Below the pieces are notes generated by a model that saw only the letters and a program-made list of their open reading frames with translations, ran no database searches and was not told the DNA's origin. A DNA stretch of 64,000 bases. Source: Gracilinanus agilis (Eukaryota). The number at the start of each line of letters is the position of its first letter. Within the stretch, counting starts at the first letter, position 1. The translations under genes and the position numbers were made by a program. This document shows, piece after piece, positions 49,766-64,000 of the stretch. The DNA is taken from positions 77,197,454-77,261,453 of the forward strand of contig NC_058131.1 in the NCBI RefSeq assembly GCF_016433145.1. The letters are read 5' to 3'.

Positions 49766-52099
49766 GTCCTATTCTCAAGGAGATGATATCTGAAATAAAT
49801 CATAAAATTATTTATCTTATCTTTTCCCAAAACTGATTAATGAAAGGGTGCTAACTTTAAAGAATCTTCCCCATAGGAGAAGTGCTTGGGTTTACTCAGG
49901 TAGGTAAATATTGTAAATTTAGCCTCAGGCTTTGCCTGACTTTATTTACAAATTTGAATCAGGATAAACCAACTAATAGAACAATAATATAAGTCTAATG
50001 TTGAAGTTCATTCAAGATAATATAAATTGAAATTGAAATTTGAAAATCAAAGATTCAAACTCATTGAAGTCTACTTATAGGGAAAAATAGAGATAATAAA
50101 GATAGAGATAAATTTCACTTTGATTCCCTTTCTCCAAATAGCCTGGTCATCAAATTAAGGAATGAATTCTGATAATCAAATTATAAAATTCTGATTATCT
50201 GATTATAAAATATCATCTAATTATGCATATACCTATCATTTTAATTTTATTTACATACCACATTAGATATATTCAAATCTATACCACTCCTCATCAGCTT
50301 TAACTATCCTCTTGCTCAGCATCACATGCTATGATAACAATATCTCTCCTTCCTAGATGATGTTGTTCTTGTCCTGATCCTATGACTAATTTAGCTTTGA
50401 GAAAGGCTCTGAGCCTCGGTTTCTTATTCTTTATAATAAAAGAGTTGCCTTAAATAAGTTATGGTCATTCATATCACTAGTTATAGGCAACTTTCCAGAA
50501 TAAAGGAGAGTGGATGCTAAAACTGTGATATCACTTTGCATATCTGACAAGCCAATGATTATGTTGATGGTGATCTGATGAGCCACTACTGATAGCAAGT
50601 CTAAGAATAGGGAAAACTGGAGCATAATTTACTCATCCTGATGAGTCTGTTAAAAAAAATAAAGGAGCTAAGAAAGATTGGTAGAGTTACTATCACCATT
50701 CAATAAAAACCAACGCACATTTTATGGAACTTCTTGGCTCATTATCACCATCAATACACCCTTTATTGTTCACCATTTTAAGTCTTTGCCTTTTTCTCTG
50801 CACTTAGGAGATAAAAATAACAACAAAAAACTCTTTTAACATCTACAAAAAGACTGAATTCCTTTTAAAAAAACATAAGAAGTGATAAATCTTATTTCCA
50901 TTCCTTTAAAGGATTTGGTGAAAAGCAACCCAAATGACAGACTAGGTGGTGATTTCAATTCCATTCAAGAATGAATCAACTGAATTGACCAAGTCAAACT
51001 CTAAGGCATAAAGAAAGAAATAAAGTAGAACCCAAGGATTGATCCTGTATTAGAAATGTCTTCAGAGGGTGAACATGAGCAGGAGCTTCCATGTAACATC
51101 ATCCTTTTGGACCCTTACTGGAAGTTTTCCCAATACCACTTAATTCTACTGCCTTCCCTCTGTTGATTACTTCTAACTTATCTTGCATATAGCTTATTTG
51201 TACATAAGTATTTGATGTTACCTACTACATTCAATTGTGAAATCCTTGACAGCAAGGACTGTCTTTTATCTTTCTTTGTATCCCCAGAAATTAGTACAGT
51301 CTTGAGAACATAGTGGTGCTTAATAAATATTTATTGACTGAATGACTTTGAAATCCTTTGATGTTGGTATTTGAGCCCACCTAAGGAGTTCATAAAGAAA
51401 TCTTGTGATATTCCTAGAAAATGATAATTGATAATATATTTTGTGTTTAGTTTTGGGATTTTTTTTCTCTGACCATGATTTATTTGGATAATTTCTATTT
51501 TTTATGATTATAAACTGAATACTCCCATTGGTAGTGTGGCAACTCTTTCATGATATCTATAGCTCCATAAATTATGCCATATTATATTTTGAAGGGACCT
51601 CATCTGTCACCTAACACATAGATCAACAGGAAGCATCACTATGTACAAGGAAATAGTGAATGAGTGGCCAAAAGGACCCTTCAACTCTCTGCTCTTTGGC
51701 AGACAATCATACCTAGAATATTTTCTTTTCCTCAGCTCCAATCTGGCTTCCTTTGAGTCTCAACTAAAATTTCAATTTCTTCAAGAAGTATTTATGAACT
51801 TTTCTTAATTCCAGTGCCTTCCCCCTTTTAATTTCCAGGATTTAGTAACTTTGTGTTTGTATGTTGCTGATGGTGAGCTCCTTGGAGATAGGAATTGTCT
51901 TTTGTCTCATTTTATGTCTCCAATGCTAAGCATAGTGTCTGGCACATAATAGATGCCTAACAAATATTAATTGATTAATTGAATGATTGAATCTCTTTAT
52001 GAAGACCTTCAGTGATGAGGAGATCACTTCTTTTCAAGGTAACCTATTCCACTTTTGGCCAGCTCTAATTATAGGGAACATGTTCCTTATTAGCCATTC

Positions 52100-52332
52100 G
52101 ATGGCATGGTGGATACAGTGCCAGGCCTGGACTAAGGAAAATTTATCTTCCTGAGTTCAAATCTAGCCTCAGAGGCTTAATGGCTGTGTGACCCTAGGAA
52201 AGTCATATAATTTCATTTGCCAACTGAATCATCTGTAAAGTGAGCTGGAGATAGAATGGCAGAGCCCTCCTGTATCTTCACCAAGAAAACCCCAAATAGG
52301 TCATGAAGAGTTGGACGTAACTGAACAACAAT
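52100..52332 (+). mobile_element. MAR1-type SINE (RTE tail)
   Basis: gagttcaaatctagcctcag...catctgtaaagtgagctggaga...ccaagaaaaccccaaataggtcatgaagagttggac...gaacaacaa. Confidence 0.8.
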
Positions 52333-55300
52333 AGTTTTCCTTATAAGAACCTAAATCTGCCTTTCTGCAACTTCCATACTTTTGCCTATGTCTATCTTTT
52401 GCAACCAAGTCTACTCTCACTGCCTTCAATATGATTTTCTTCCAAATGTTTTGAGAGCTATCATCTCTCCCATTAACCTTCTCTTTAATCTGCATGTGGT
52501 ATGGTTTTTCAGTTCCTTCATAATCGCAACCTCTTCTGAACCTAATCTAGCTTTTCAATGTGTCCTTCCTAGTGTAGTACTGGTACACTATTTATGGCTT
52601 TTGTTACTTAATTACTGATATATATCTCATCAATGCAAGACACCTCAATATGGGAAAATTTTAAATAATCCTTCTTTGATTTATCTATATAGTTTTATAT
52701 GAAACCTGTATTCTAAAATATAAAGAAAGATGAACAATTTTAAAATAGCCTCAGTTAATGTGATTTTCTTCAAGAAGAAAATTATTGAATTATCTCTCAC
52801 AGGCCAGGCTAGATAGTCAGGCTCCCTGAGAAAATTACCTATAGGGCACTATCTCATGACATGTTCCAACTCTATCTTGGGATCAGACGGAAGAATTCCA
52901 AGTAGATATAAGTTTAAAGGTCTTGGGACTTTCAAGGTTGTCTCATCATACCCTTTCACCTCACAGACTGGAAGATTAGAGTACATAATGGTTAAATAGT
53001 TTGTCCAAGCTCTTGCAGGTAGTATGTAGCAAGTATTTCAAATTCTACCCTCTTTCTCCAAATATAGTACCCTTTCCATTGCATTGAGAAAGAAAATAGA
53101 GGTAGAGCTAAACTAGGGAACTATATGATATCGAATAATGTGCTCTGACAAATTTTTGGACCTTAAGTCTGGGTGGTAATATAGCTGCCCCTATTCCTAT
53201 CCCTAAACAATATCAAGTAAGGCCGTTTTGACTTTGCTTTTATTCTTATCTAAAGGATGGAGGGCAGAGAGAAAGGAATCACAGCAGCTCAGTCCTTTCT
53301 ATGACTGAGTTTGAAATACCTGGCCCTGTCCTTGGTGATAAAGGGCACTTCAGTCATTCCTTTAAAGAGTTCGGTTAATTACTTTAGTGAATGATGCATT
53401 TTGTGGAGGAATTGAGCTCTCAAACTGATATTCAAGGCTCTTAGATTTTAATAAGCTACTGAGGGACTATGTCACATTTCCTTCCTCTCTTTCTGCTTCT
53501 ACCTCCTAAGATCTAACAGGGGAGAACATCTAAGTTCAGTTCTCTTGGGGATTAACTCTGCATAGAATTGTCACTATTTTTACAAAGAGATGAGCAAGAA
53601 TGACCTGAATGTATATTGAGTATGGTGATAAAACTTTAGGGTCATATTTCTTAAACGTTTTACATAAGTCAGTAAAAGTAACCCATAGGAGATGCATATC
53701 ATAAAACGGGAAGAAAGGACACTGTGTAGTTAGCATTAATATTAATATACTTCCAATATTAATATATATGTATATATACATCCACACACATATATATGTC
53801 TGGGAGGGAAATACCACAAATACATTGATATTCTTTCAGCTTTCTAACCCTGGGCTCCAGATTCTCAATATCCCTGCCCTTAAATGTTTCCTCTGACATT
53901 GTGAGGTACAAATAGGATAGTGGGTATAACTATGAGGATAATAATAAATATTGATCAGAACAGAATTAGAAGAAAATTTATAAATCATTTGGTACTAGTA
54001 ATGGAAGGACTCAATTTTTCTTCTGATAATCCTTAATGTTCATGTCTTTTGACTAGAGAAGAAAAGCAGAGGCAATAGAGTCAGGACTCTGAATGACATC
54101 AGCTGGGTAAGACTTGGAGAGTTTGGAATAGTCAATTCAACCCATGTTATTCCTTATTTTTTCTGTTCTTCTTTCCTACTGTTGCATCATAAATGTGGTG
54201 AACATCTCTCAGATAAGGGAGGAATTAGAAAATTTTATTCACACACATAGATATACACACCATTCTTTACTGAATTAATTTGAGTTCACATAAAGTTTCT
54301 TTACTTTTTCAAATTAAGTAAGAAACTATAATATGTGTAGAAATTATAATTTACTTTCTGAGACTTGTAGCTTGTGTAAAGAAGGGGAAGAATTATCTAA
54401 AAAGGGAACATAAGGCTCCTGGTCACCCTCATTTATTTTCCTCTTACTCTTTAATTCCTACCATCCCCATCTTTAATTTTAATTGTCATTGGGCACCATT
54501 AGAATAGTGTTTGGAGGTTCAGAAAGCAAGGAGAGAATGAGTTGAGGACATCCTTGCCTTCAACCCTTCAACTCTGGTAATTATAGGAAGAGGAAGAGGA
54601 AGAAGAAAAAGAAAAGGAGAAGTGGTGGTAGTGATGGCAATAATAAAGTAGTAATAATAAAGCAGCTTTTATATAAGGTTTTAAAGTTGCAAAGAATTTT
54701 ATATGTTGCCTCATTTATAACAATCCATTTGTCACTAAAAGCCATCTAAGGGTTTATTGTGAATTGTTGGGATCAGACATTTGTGAAAAACTACAAAGAT
54801 TTAAAAAACTTTACCCTTTATTTTGCTATGAACTTGATGAACACCGATGGCATAATTATTCCCTATACAAAGAATGGAAAAAGAAGACTGCATATAAAAC
54901 TGTAAATTTTCACTACACAGCTTGTTTTTAAGTACATTTCAAATTTAACATGGTGCTTCCAATATTTCTAATATTTTTATTAGTACACATTCTCTTTCTA
55001 AACTAGAATGAAAGGATATAAATTGTTTTATAGGTATTATAAGCTTTTCGGGGAAGGTACTAAGATATGATCATGAAGGTTAGGCCTCATTTAAAAGGAA
55101 CAGAATAAGCAAAAGAAGTTTAGAATATAATTGTGAGATAAGGAGATATATTCAAGAAGAAATTCAAGAAGCCAAGGTAAGAAGTAAAGTGATGAACATT
55201 GGGGTAAAGATCAGTGGAGAAAGAAACAGATACATTATTTTTATTTGAATAAATTATAAGCCACTTGAGTGGAGGGAAAAATAAAAGAGAGATTTTTGAA

Positions 55301-55389
55301 ACAGTATGATAGAGTACAGGAATTTATTAATAGATTTCAATTATTCCAAAATCAGATACAGTGACCTCTCTGTCTCTCTGCCTCTTTCT

Positions 55390-55416
55390 GTGACTCTGTG
55401 ACTGTGACTGTGACTG

Positions 55417-55467
<51 letters not shown>
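55390..55467. repeat. (GACTGT)n followed by (CT)n microsatellite
   Basis: Direct. Confidence 0.95.
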
Positions 55468-55469
<2 letters not shown>

Positions 55470-56225
55470 CCCCCCTCTCTTTTGGTGGTAGGGTGAGGGT
55501 TCATTGAGAACCTGAATGTTTCTTCCAATATCACAATTGCAAATTCTTTGAGGCATGACTTGAAATTAGGTCTTTCTTTAATCTGCACTGCCTTTCATGT
55601 CTTCTGCATACTCATTTGACTGGACATTAATACCAATATACTCAATGTTTATAGAATTACAGAATTTCAGAACCAGAAGTTGTCAAAACTGAAAAGGTCT
55701 CTAAACATAATCTAGTCTAATTTCATCTTACAAATAGAAAAACTGAGGAGACAGGAAGAAAGCTTACCTACCCAAGGTCACTTTTGATTTAAGTGAGAAA
55801 ATCCTTACTAGATGCTTGACCTTTACTTTTGGATAATAATAAAATTAGCTGGCATTTATAGATAATTTTACATTTTTTCAAGGTACATTACAAATATTAT
55901 CTCGTATTCTCAAAATTCAGGACAAAAATATTAATATTATCCCAATTTTATAGATGAGGGCAGTGAAACTGTAAGTCCCTAAGTCACACAGCTCTTGAAT
56001 GCCTAAGTTCTGATCTGAACTTCTCTTTCTGATTTCAGGTTCTGCATTCTATCCATTGTGTCATATCATTACCTCTTTTTAATGAAGAGTAGGTCAAAAA
56101 TTACTATGTTCACTGGTGTTTTCATGGCTCCTTTGTCTAAAATACCTTATCACATTTCCCATGGTTTCATCAAGAAACTATTTAAACATATTGTTTAATA
56201 ATTTTATCTTTCTCTGAACAGATTA

Positions 56226-56731
56226 ATGCGTTGGAAAAATCAGACCACTGTTTCTGAGCTTCTCATCCTGGGATTGTTTGAAAGATCAGAGCACCAGCAA
56301 CTACTTTTCTGAGTATTTCTATTCATGTATCTGGTTACTGTGCCTGGAAACTTATTCCTCACTGTGGCTGTTGGCTCCAAAACGCACCTCCATATTCCTA
56401 TGTACCTCTTCCTAGACAACTTTCTTTTGATGACATCAGCTTCATCTCCATTATAGCCCCCAAAGTGTTGGTGAATACCTAAACTCAGAATAACTCTATC
56501 TCTTATTCTGTCTGACACAGTTATATATTTTTTATCATGTTTGGGATGGTAAATGTATTTCTTCTGGCCACAATGACATATGGCCACTATGTGGCTATAT
56601 GTCACCCACTCCATTATACCATAGTAGAACCCCAAGCTTTGTTTCCTGTTGATTTTGATTACATGGTCTGTTAATGTTCTTCATTCCCTTTTATGCACAC
56701 TGTTGATGAATGAGCTAGGCTACTGTGCCAA
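56226..56731 (+). pseudogene. 5' half of an OR pseudogene, close paralog of the 48848 gene, truncated by L1
   Basis: atgcgttggaaaaatcagaccact matches 48848. TGA at 56310-56312 replaces Trp, there are frameshifts, MAYDRY has become MTYGHY, and homology stops at ...tactgtgccaaa where L1 3' UTR-like sequence begins. Confidence 0.93.
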
Positions 56732-56960
56732 ACATTTATATGATTATTCTCTTACAAAAACGATCAATATGGAAATATGTTTTACATAATAATACATGTA
56801 TAATCCAGATCAAATTGCTTTCCAACTCTGGGAAAAGGAAAGGAAGGTGGGGAGGGATACAACTTGGATAATATAACTTTAGAAAACTTATATGGAGATT
56901 TATTATTACATGTAATTGGTAAAATAAAATATCTTTATAATAAAAATAAAATAAAATCAA
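56732..56960 (+). mobile_element. L1 3' UTR fragment truncating the OR pseudogene
   Basis: caatatggaaatatgttt...ccagatcaaattgct...ttattacatgtaattgg...aaaataaaa. A near-copy occurs at about 62900-63085. Confidence 0.75.
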
Positions 56961-59027
56961 CTGTTCATCATTTCTTATAGCATTTAGTATCCCATAATAA
57001 TCATACACCAAAATTTGTTTAGCCATTCCCCAAATGATGATTATCTCCTTAGTTTCCAGTACTTTGGCACCACAAAGAGAGCTGTTATAAATATTTTAGA
57101 ACACATAAGTTCTTTTTCCTTTTTCCCTGTTCACATTGTTGATAAACAGACTTAATAATGACATTGTTCGGTCAAAGTATATCCACAGTTTTATAACTTT
57201 TTAGGCATAATTCCAGATTGTACTCCAAAATGTTATTAGTGTCACAATTTTTATGAATTCCCTTCCAACATTTATCATTTTCCCCTTCTTTCATTTTAGC
57301 CAATCTAATGTGTATGAAGTGGTACTTCAGAATTGATTTAATTTGTATTTTTAAAATAAATAATGATTTAGAGTATCTTTTATGACTATTTACATAGCTT
57401 TTATCTCCTCATCCAAAAACTTCCTAATTGTAGAAAAAATCTTTTCTCAGTATACCATCATATATCTGCAAAAAAAGATAGTTTTATTATTTCCTTGCCC
57501 ATTCTGATTCTTTCCTTTTTTATTCTCATGGTTATTTCTAAGTATTTATTTTTAACACAGTCTGTTTACTAGAAAAATAATATTACATAGCTATTTGAAC
57601 ATGTTACATTTTAAAATTAAAATATAGGAACCTCTATATTTTATCAAGAGAAAAGGTAAAATAAAATCATTAATTTGCAGTAGACAACTCAATCTGGAAA
57701 CTTTCTCTATTACTCCATTAACATGTTTCCTAGGAAAACAGAATTCATTTTTGTAATAAATATACATAAACAAAAGGAACAAATTATCATATTAACTTTG
57801 TCCTATGTTTCATTTTTTATCCTTTCCTTCCCACCCTTCTTCCCTCCCCAAGAAGACAAGTAATATTTTATAGGTTGTATATATCATATAAGACACATTT
57901 CCCTGTTCATCATGTTGTGAAAAATATACATATTACTTTTACAAGAGAAAACTGTATGAAGGAAATAGGATGGAGAAGAATGATACATTTCAATATGCAT
58001 TTGAATTTCATCTGTTCCTTCTACAGATGAATCTATAGATCTTTTTCATCATAAGATTCTTGAAGTTGTTCTGGATCCTTGTCTTGTTGAAAATAGTTAA
58101 GTCATTGACAGCTGATCATCATGGATAATTGTTGTTATGGTGTACAGTGTTCTCCGGTTCTGCTCACTTCACTTTTGCATCAGTTCTTAACTTTTTCCTG
58201 TTTTTTTTTTTTGTCTGGATGATTGTCTTGTTCTTCATTTCTTATGGCATAATAGAATTCCACCAAAAAAAGATACTATAAATGTTTTAGAACACATATT
58301 TTCTTTTCCTTTTTCCTTGAACACCTTAAGACACAAGCCTAATGTTGGTATTACTGGATTAAAAGGTATGCATCATTTTATAACTCTTATTGCTCTTCAA
58401 AATGGTTAGATCAGTTCCTATTTTTGATATCCCTTTCAACATGTTTTATTTTGCCCTTTAGTTAGTTTAGTCAGAAGATAGGTATAAGATGATGTCTCAA
58501 AGTATTTTGATTTGCATTTCTCTAATCAATAATGATTTAGAGCAATTTTCATATAGGTATATATAGCTTTGATTTATTCTTCCAAAAACTATCTTTTGAT
58601 CATGTATCAATTTAGGACTGGTTCTTACTCATATATTTAAAAAATTCTTGATATTATTTAGATATTAGACTTCTGTACAAGAAACTCTCTACAAAAAAAT
58701 TCTGACATAGCTTTCCTGCTAATCTTGGCTACATTTATTTTATTTGTACAAAAAACTCTTCAATTTAATGAGTCCAGGATTATCTATTTTACATTCCACA
58801 ATGCTCTCTGTCTCTTGCTTATTAATAAATTATTTTCCTATCTATACATTTGATGAGTAATATTTTCTCTCTTTTAATTTGTTCATATTCTCCTTTTCTA
58901 CTTAGATCATGTACCCATTTTGATCCTATTTGGTAAACATGTAAGACATTGATATGTATCTAATTTCCATGCTGCTTTCTAATTTTCCCAATAATTTTTG
59001 CCAAATAGTGAATTCTTCTTCCAAAAA
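56960..59027 (-). mobile_element. Antisense L1 ORF2 3' region
   Basis: Typical antisense L1 text (gttttgatttgcatttctctaatcaataatgatttagagc, ttagatcatgtacccattttgatc). Confidence 0.8.
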
Positions 59028-60050
59028 TGTGGAAGTTAATCCTGATAAGGTTGACGAAATGAGGAAGATCAAAGTGGGATCCCTCTTTAAAAGTTACCCC
59101 AGGGGTCCTCCTTTTACTTGTGGATGTTAGTGAGAGGCTTGACCAGTGGTAGTAACTTGATCCAATTGTGCCATCCTTCACAAGTTGGGGGCAAGGCTCC
59201 TTTAGGAAATGAGACCTATATTATCTCTTTCTGATACAGGAAGCCAGAGATACTACAAGAAACTTCCTCTACTTCACTTTCACTTTTCAACAGTCTTCCG
59301 TCCTTTACTCTATGTAGGCTGCTGGACTTCTCCTCTCCTAATAACTTCTGCTAATGAATTCAAACACTATCTGACTAAAAGTTAATGTGCTAACAAAGCG
59401 ATGTTGAGGACAGGATGAGGGATTGAGGGAAGAGATGAGTAGGATGCCTTATAAGTTGTTTTTTAGCCTAAAAGTCCATCATCATCACAGGCACCAGCTC
59501 CTGCTAGGCTTCTCTCTCCCTTCCCCACTAAACCTTATTCTTATCTATTATAATTGATTCTAAAGTAAAACAAGGGTCTCTTGTAAGAACTGGATGAGGA
59601 TGGGCTATCCCAGAGAGACAGACTCTGAAAAGAGTCTCAAATCCTTCTGTAGATGTATAGGTTAATAGATTTAGCTGGATCCAAGATGGCTGCTGTCAAC
59701 AGTTTTTCCAGGGGAAGCAAGAGCATAAGTTTGTCACAAGGACTGGTTTGGCTTGGAGCTGCAGACTTTCACCTCCTTCTCCTTCACAATTCCCAAAAAC
59801 CAACTCCCCACTTGCTTGGGGGCTCCCCCTTTTATCCTCTTGGTTCCATCTGTCTTCAACCAATCCTCCTTGTTGGGGTTCCATTGGCAGCAAACCCCTT
59901 ATAATTCCATCTTACACATAACTCAGATATTTCTAAATGAAGGATACAATGTTCCTTGTCTTTAGACTTTCTGGGCCTCCACTGGTTTTCTTTTCATCAA
60001 TATAAGCACTAAAATCCATGGTAGAGTATCAGGACAAGTTTTCAGCCACA
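59028..60050. mobile_element. Probable LTR (about 1.0 kb) inserted in L1
   Basis: Termini TGTGG...CCACA form an inverted repeat and L1-like sequence lies on both sides; the TSD is not clean. Confidence 0.5.
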
Positions 60051-62699
60051 ATGTGGTTTAATGCTAGATAAAAGTGTTTTGCTTCTGATGTCAGTTCTGT
60101 CTTTCCACAACCTTTCCTATAATAATTATTCCCATATTTTGTCATCTTTTTGGTTTTCTGGGAGTGTTATGAACCCTTATAGGTGTTATCTTTTATTAAA
60201 ATTTCTTAGTATTAGTGGTTTGGTGAAATTTTTCATATGGTAATTAAAAGTTTGCAGTTATTTTGAGAAATATTTGTTAATATTCTTTGTTGTCCATGGG
60301 AAATTGCTTATTCTTATATGTGCATTTTATTTCCCTCCTTATCTCTATATCAGAACTTTATGAAAGGCATTTTTACAAAGATATTTCTCTTTAAACTGCT
60401 TCCTTTCTCATCCTTGTCATTCTGATTGTTGGGGGTTTAACACAAGAGAAAAATGCAACCAGAGTAAGGTGAAATAGTAAAGCTTTAAAGGAGGAAGGAA
60501 GGGATGGGGAAAAATGGGAAGAAGCAGCAAAGGGGAGACTGACACCAGTAAAGATGACTGCTGTATCTCCACCTAAGTGGATGGAGATGGATGTAATCTC
60601 CTATAAAGTTGGAGGAATAGGGTGTTGCCAGGGATGAAGTAACTTGTATTGCCTCTATTGGTTGTCTCTGAGCAAGGCGAGCTACTTGGATTAAATTCAT
60701 TAGATGTCCCTGAGAGGGGTGAGGAGTCTTGGTCTCTGGGGGTGTGGGGTTTGGTTCTCAGACTGATGCTCAGTCATGCAGGACAGGCTGAGAAACAGAA
60801 TCTTGGTGTTCTGCCAGGCAGGCATTGCTGGGGGTCAGCAGGTGTTAGTGGGAAGGGCTGTTAGTTTTGGTAGGAATTGGGGGAAGGAGTGTTTTGGTCC
60901 CACAATCTATCAGTCTTTGTTACATTAATTTTTATTGCAAAAATAGAAAATATTTAATGAAAGCTTGAGGAATTATAGCATTTCAGAGCTAATGCTCCAT
61001 TGTAGATCATCTGTTACAACCCCTATAATGTACATATATCTGGTCTTAGTCAGAAAAGTGAAATAATTTGCTCAAAATAATGCGATAAGTTAGTGACAAA
61101 ACCAAAATTATAAGCAAGATCTGTTTTTTTCCTGAATTTATTCATCTCCCACACAAGATGTAAAAGAGAAATAGGTTGGGAATAATTAAGCAGGGAGTGA
61201 TAACTCTGTAATTGTCTCTAATAAATTGTCAAGGGAATAAAAACTCCTGAGATCCCTGAACCTGTTAAATATTCTGAACAAAAGCCCCATAAGCTAGTCT
61301 CAGAAAACAAGAACCTATGTTCCTTCTATATAGTCCCCACCACCATCACCACAAACTTCAGGCAAGGTGCTATGACCTTCACTATGCTTCTTTTCCTTCA
61401 ATGAAGGAAGTTTCTTGAATCTCCTACCAGCTACTTATTGTGAATCAACTCAAAGAATAAAGTGGAGAGTGCAAGACTGGATTGCATTTAAATTCAGCTT
61501 AAACTATACAGGTAAGCCCTAAAGGAACAGACAGCAAGAAAGATTTATACAGTCACAGAATCTCAGATTTTGAAGGGATATCAGATTTTAACTGATCAAA
61601 CCTATATCTGAACAAGAATCTCTTCCAAATCCTTGAAAAACAATCACCTAATCTGTCCTTGAGGACCATCAGTCAAATGAGAACTGATTGCCTCTCAATA
61701 TAGATAATTCCTCTTTTGGATAACTTATTGTAAGGTATTCTCCCATTTCCCCGTTCCCCACTGTTTTCCTTTTATGAGGCTTGAATTTTCCTCTTTTCAG
61801 TTTCTGTCCTTTTTTCCTATTTCAATTCTCCAAGGTCTATCAGAAAATAACTAACTTCTTTTCCATATGACAGCACTCCAAATACTCAAGAACTGCAATC
61901 ATGACCCTCCTCCAATGCCTACTGTTCTGCAGAATTCCTATTCTTAGTTCCTTCACCTCTTTCTTATGTAGCATAGCCACTGATATTCTCACCTTCATAG
62001 TCCCCCTACTCTGGGTATGTTCCAACTAATTAGTGTCTTTCCTTCAATCATTCTCCCTTCCCTATACTCATATGTAGAAATATAAGCTTAGGTAGATGTA
62101 TGAAAAGAAATACAAACATTTTAATATGCGTATATTTGCATACTCATGAATTATATTATACATTTACACACTTTCAAAAGTTCCAAATTTTCCTTCTCTC
62201 TATCCAAATCCTATTCATTCATTTAACAAATATATATTAAGTATATTCTGTTTCTGATCAATATTTGTTATAATAACATGAAAAATATCATATTATCTAT
62301 CATGAAGAAGATTACAACTTAATATTGGTGATATACCATGTGGGGAAATAATTGTAATAGGAGAGAAAGTAAAGTGAGCTCAGGGAAAAGTAAGATAAAG
62401 GAAGCGTCTAGGCAAAGTATTAAGACAATATTGATCAGAGAGAGAGATCTCTTCACCTTGAAAGTTCAGACAAAGTTTTAGGGAGAAGAAGATACCTTAC
62501 TGTCTATATTTTAGTTCCCAGCTGAAGACCCACCTTCTTTATGAAGTCTCTGAGCTCCTCAACCCATATTAACTCCCTCCATCTGAATTCCTGTAGCACT
62601 TATCTATTCTATACAATTAAATACAATCTGAGACCTCTAAGATCCCTTCCAACTCTATGACTTTATAACTCTGAGATAATATCTTAATGGGCTCTCAAT

Positions 62700-63090
62700 A
62701 CTGCTTTAAAAACAGGGAGAGATAGCAATGCAGTGATCTGAGGTAATTCTGAGGGATGTACAATGGTAGGTGCTGTCCACCTCCAGAAAAACAACTGTTG
62801 CAGTTGAATGGATGTGCATCAAAGCATACTATCTTTTATATCAGTATATTTACAGTTTTATTTGGGGGTTTTGGTTTTATATGAGTGTGCTTTTACAGTT
62901 ATGACCAATAAGGAAGTGTGTTTTGCATGATAATACATGAATAGCCCAGATTAAATTGCTAATCATATCTGAGTGGGTGTGTGGGAGGGAAAGGAGGGAA
63001 GAACATGGTTTGGATCTTTCTTATAATTTCAGAAAACATGTTGAAAATTATTATTACATGTAATTGGGAAAATAAAAATTGTTTAAAATA
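62700..63090 (+). mobile_element. L1 3' UTR fragment
   Basis: atgaccaataaggaagtgtgttttgcatgataatacatg...ccagattaaattgct...ttattacatgtaattgggaaaataaaa. Confidence 0.75.
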
Positions 63091-64000
63091 TTTTTTCAAA
63101 TAGGGAGAGAAAAAAATAATTCTGTAGCTTAGTCTTGTGGGGAGAAATTTTGCAAAAAAATGACTGTGAAAGAAAGTAGTCACAGAAACAATAGCCCTAA
63201 GAAACTCCAAGAGACCTTTTATGCTGAGCAGTTGGAAAGTGGAGAACCAAACACCAGGAAAGGCTTTTGATGCCAAGCCACTTTGAAGTCTCAGATTCAA
63301 GTGAGTAAGGAACGATCATTTGAATCCACGTCTGGAAATGAGGTCAAAGTTAGATTAAATATGAATTACAGTTAAGGAAATTAGAAGAACAGGAAACATA
63401 TTAACTCAGTCTTGTGGGTAGGAGAGGAATTTATGAATAAAGAGATGGAGAGCACTGTGATATATAAAGTGGTTGATTACATTAAATTAAAAATAATTTG
63501 TACAAATAAAGCTGACATATCTAAAATTAGAAGGAAAGAAGAAAATTATGGAGGAAATGTTATAGACAGTAAAGACTATAGAGGGAAAACAAAAGGTACC
63601 AGTAAAACATATTTAAGCACAAAAATAAATTTAGAAAAATGTTAAGCAAAAATGAATTGGACGTGTACTGCTTGACCTAGAAGGCAGCAGAACTATGAAT
63701 ATTGAATAAAAGTGGATGCAAAGAAGAAAATTTGGACTTAATATAAGAAAAAAATACTAAGAATTAGATCTATACAAAAATAGAATGGGCTATCAGCACA
63801 AGTGGCTTCTTATCAAGTGCTGTATAAAAGTAATTCTTACTAAGGTATAAACTACACCAGATGGGCCCTAAGATCACTTCCAAGTCTTAGAATCTGTGGT
63901 TTTGTGTGAAACTAAGATTATATCTATCCAATACTGTATTAATACTGTATTAATTGACTCTTTTTTCCTTTAATATTTGATTCATAAGATAATATTACTG

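Larger units (their letters stand above)
53040..56731 (+). repeat. Segmental duplication copy, paralogous to about 43940-49360 (OR upstream region plus 5' CDS)
   Basis: Colinear blocks 44050-45300/53130-54460, 45570-46090/54660-55240, 48200-49360/55600-56731. Confidence 0.9.

Noticed and set aside
1-64000. CRISPR arrays, rRNA/tRNA genes or prokaryotic operons
   Set aside because: None seen. The tRNA-like A/B boxes belong to SINE heads and the DNA is mammalian.

Overview
Eukaryotic, AT-rich, CpG-poor genomic DNA from a marsupial olfactory receptor (OR) cluster. The SINE-1_MD-like and MAR1-like SINEs point to a didelphid, probably Monodelphis; this is an inference from remembered repeat consensus sequences. 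Gene content: three intact single-exon class II OR genes (one minus strand, OR2/13-like; two plus strand, OR1-like), three OR pseudogene relics, and an intronless VAPA retrocopy with an open reading frame and a (CCA)13 polyproline tract, whose 3' end runs into a 417-nt assembly gap. The rest is L1, L2, MIR/MAR1 SINEs, ERV/LTR pieces, a hAT MITE and microsatellites. Two old tandem duplications (about 0.7-6.9 kb vs 25.2-30.4 kb, and about 43.9-49.4 kb vs 53.0-56.7 kb) and a third partial paralogy allow OR promoters and 5' UTR exons to be inferred. Most notable: the open VAPA retrocopy with a microsatellite-encoded polyproline linker, a degraded ERV whose gag-like ORF has matrix, PSAP, coiled coil and zinc knuckle but no capsid, and a candidate Lhx2/Ebf OR enhancer near 16.4 kb. 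All alignments and repeat family names are by eye or from memory; no searches were run.
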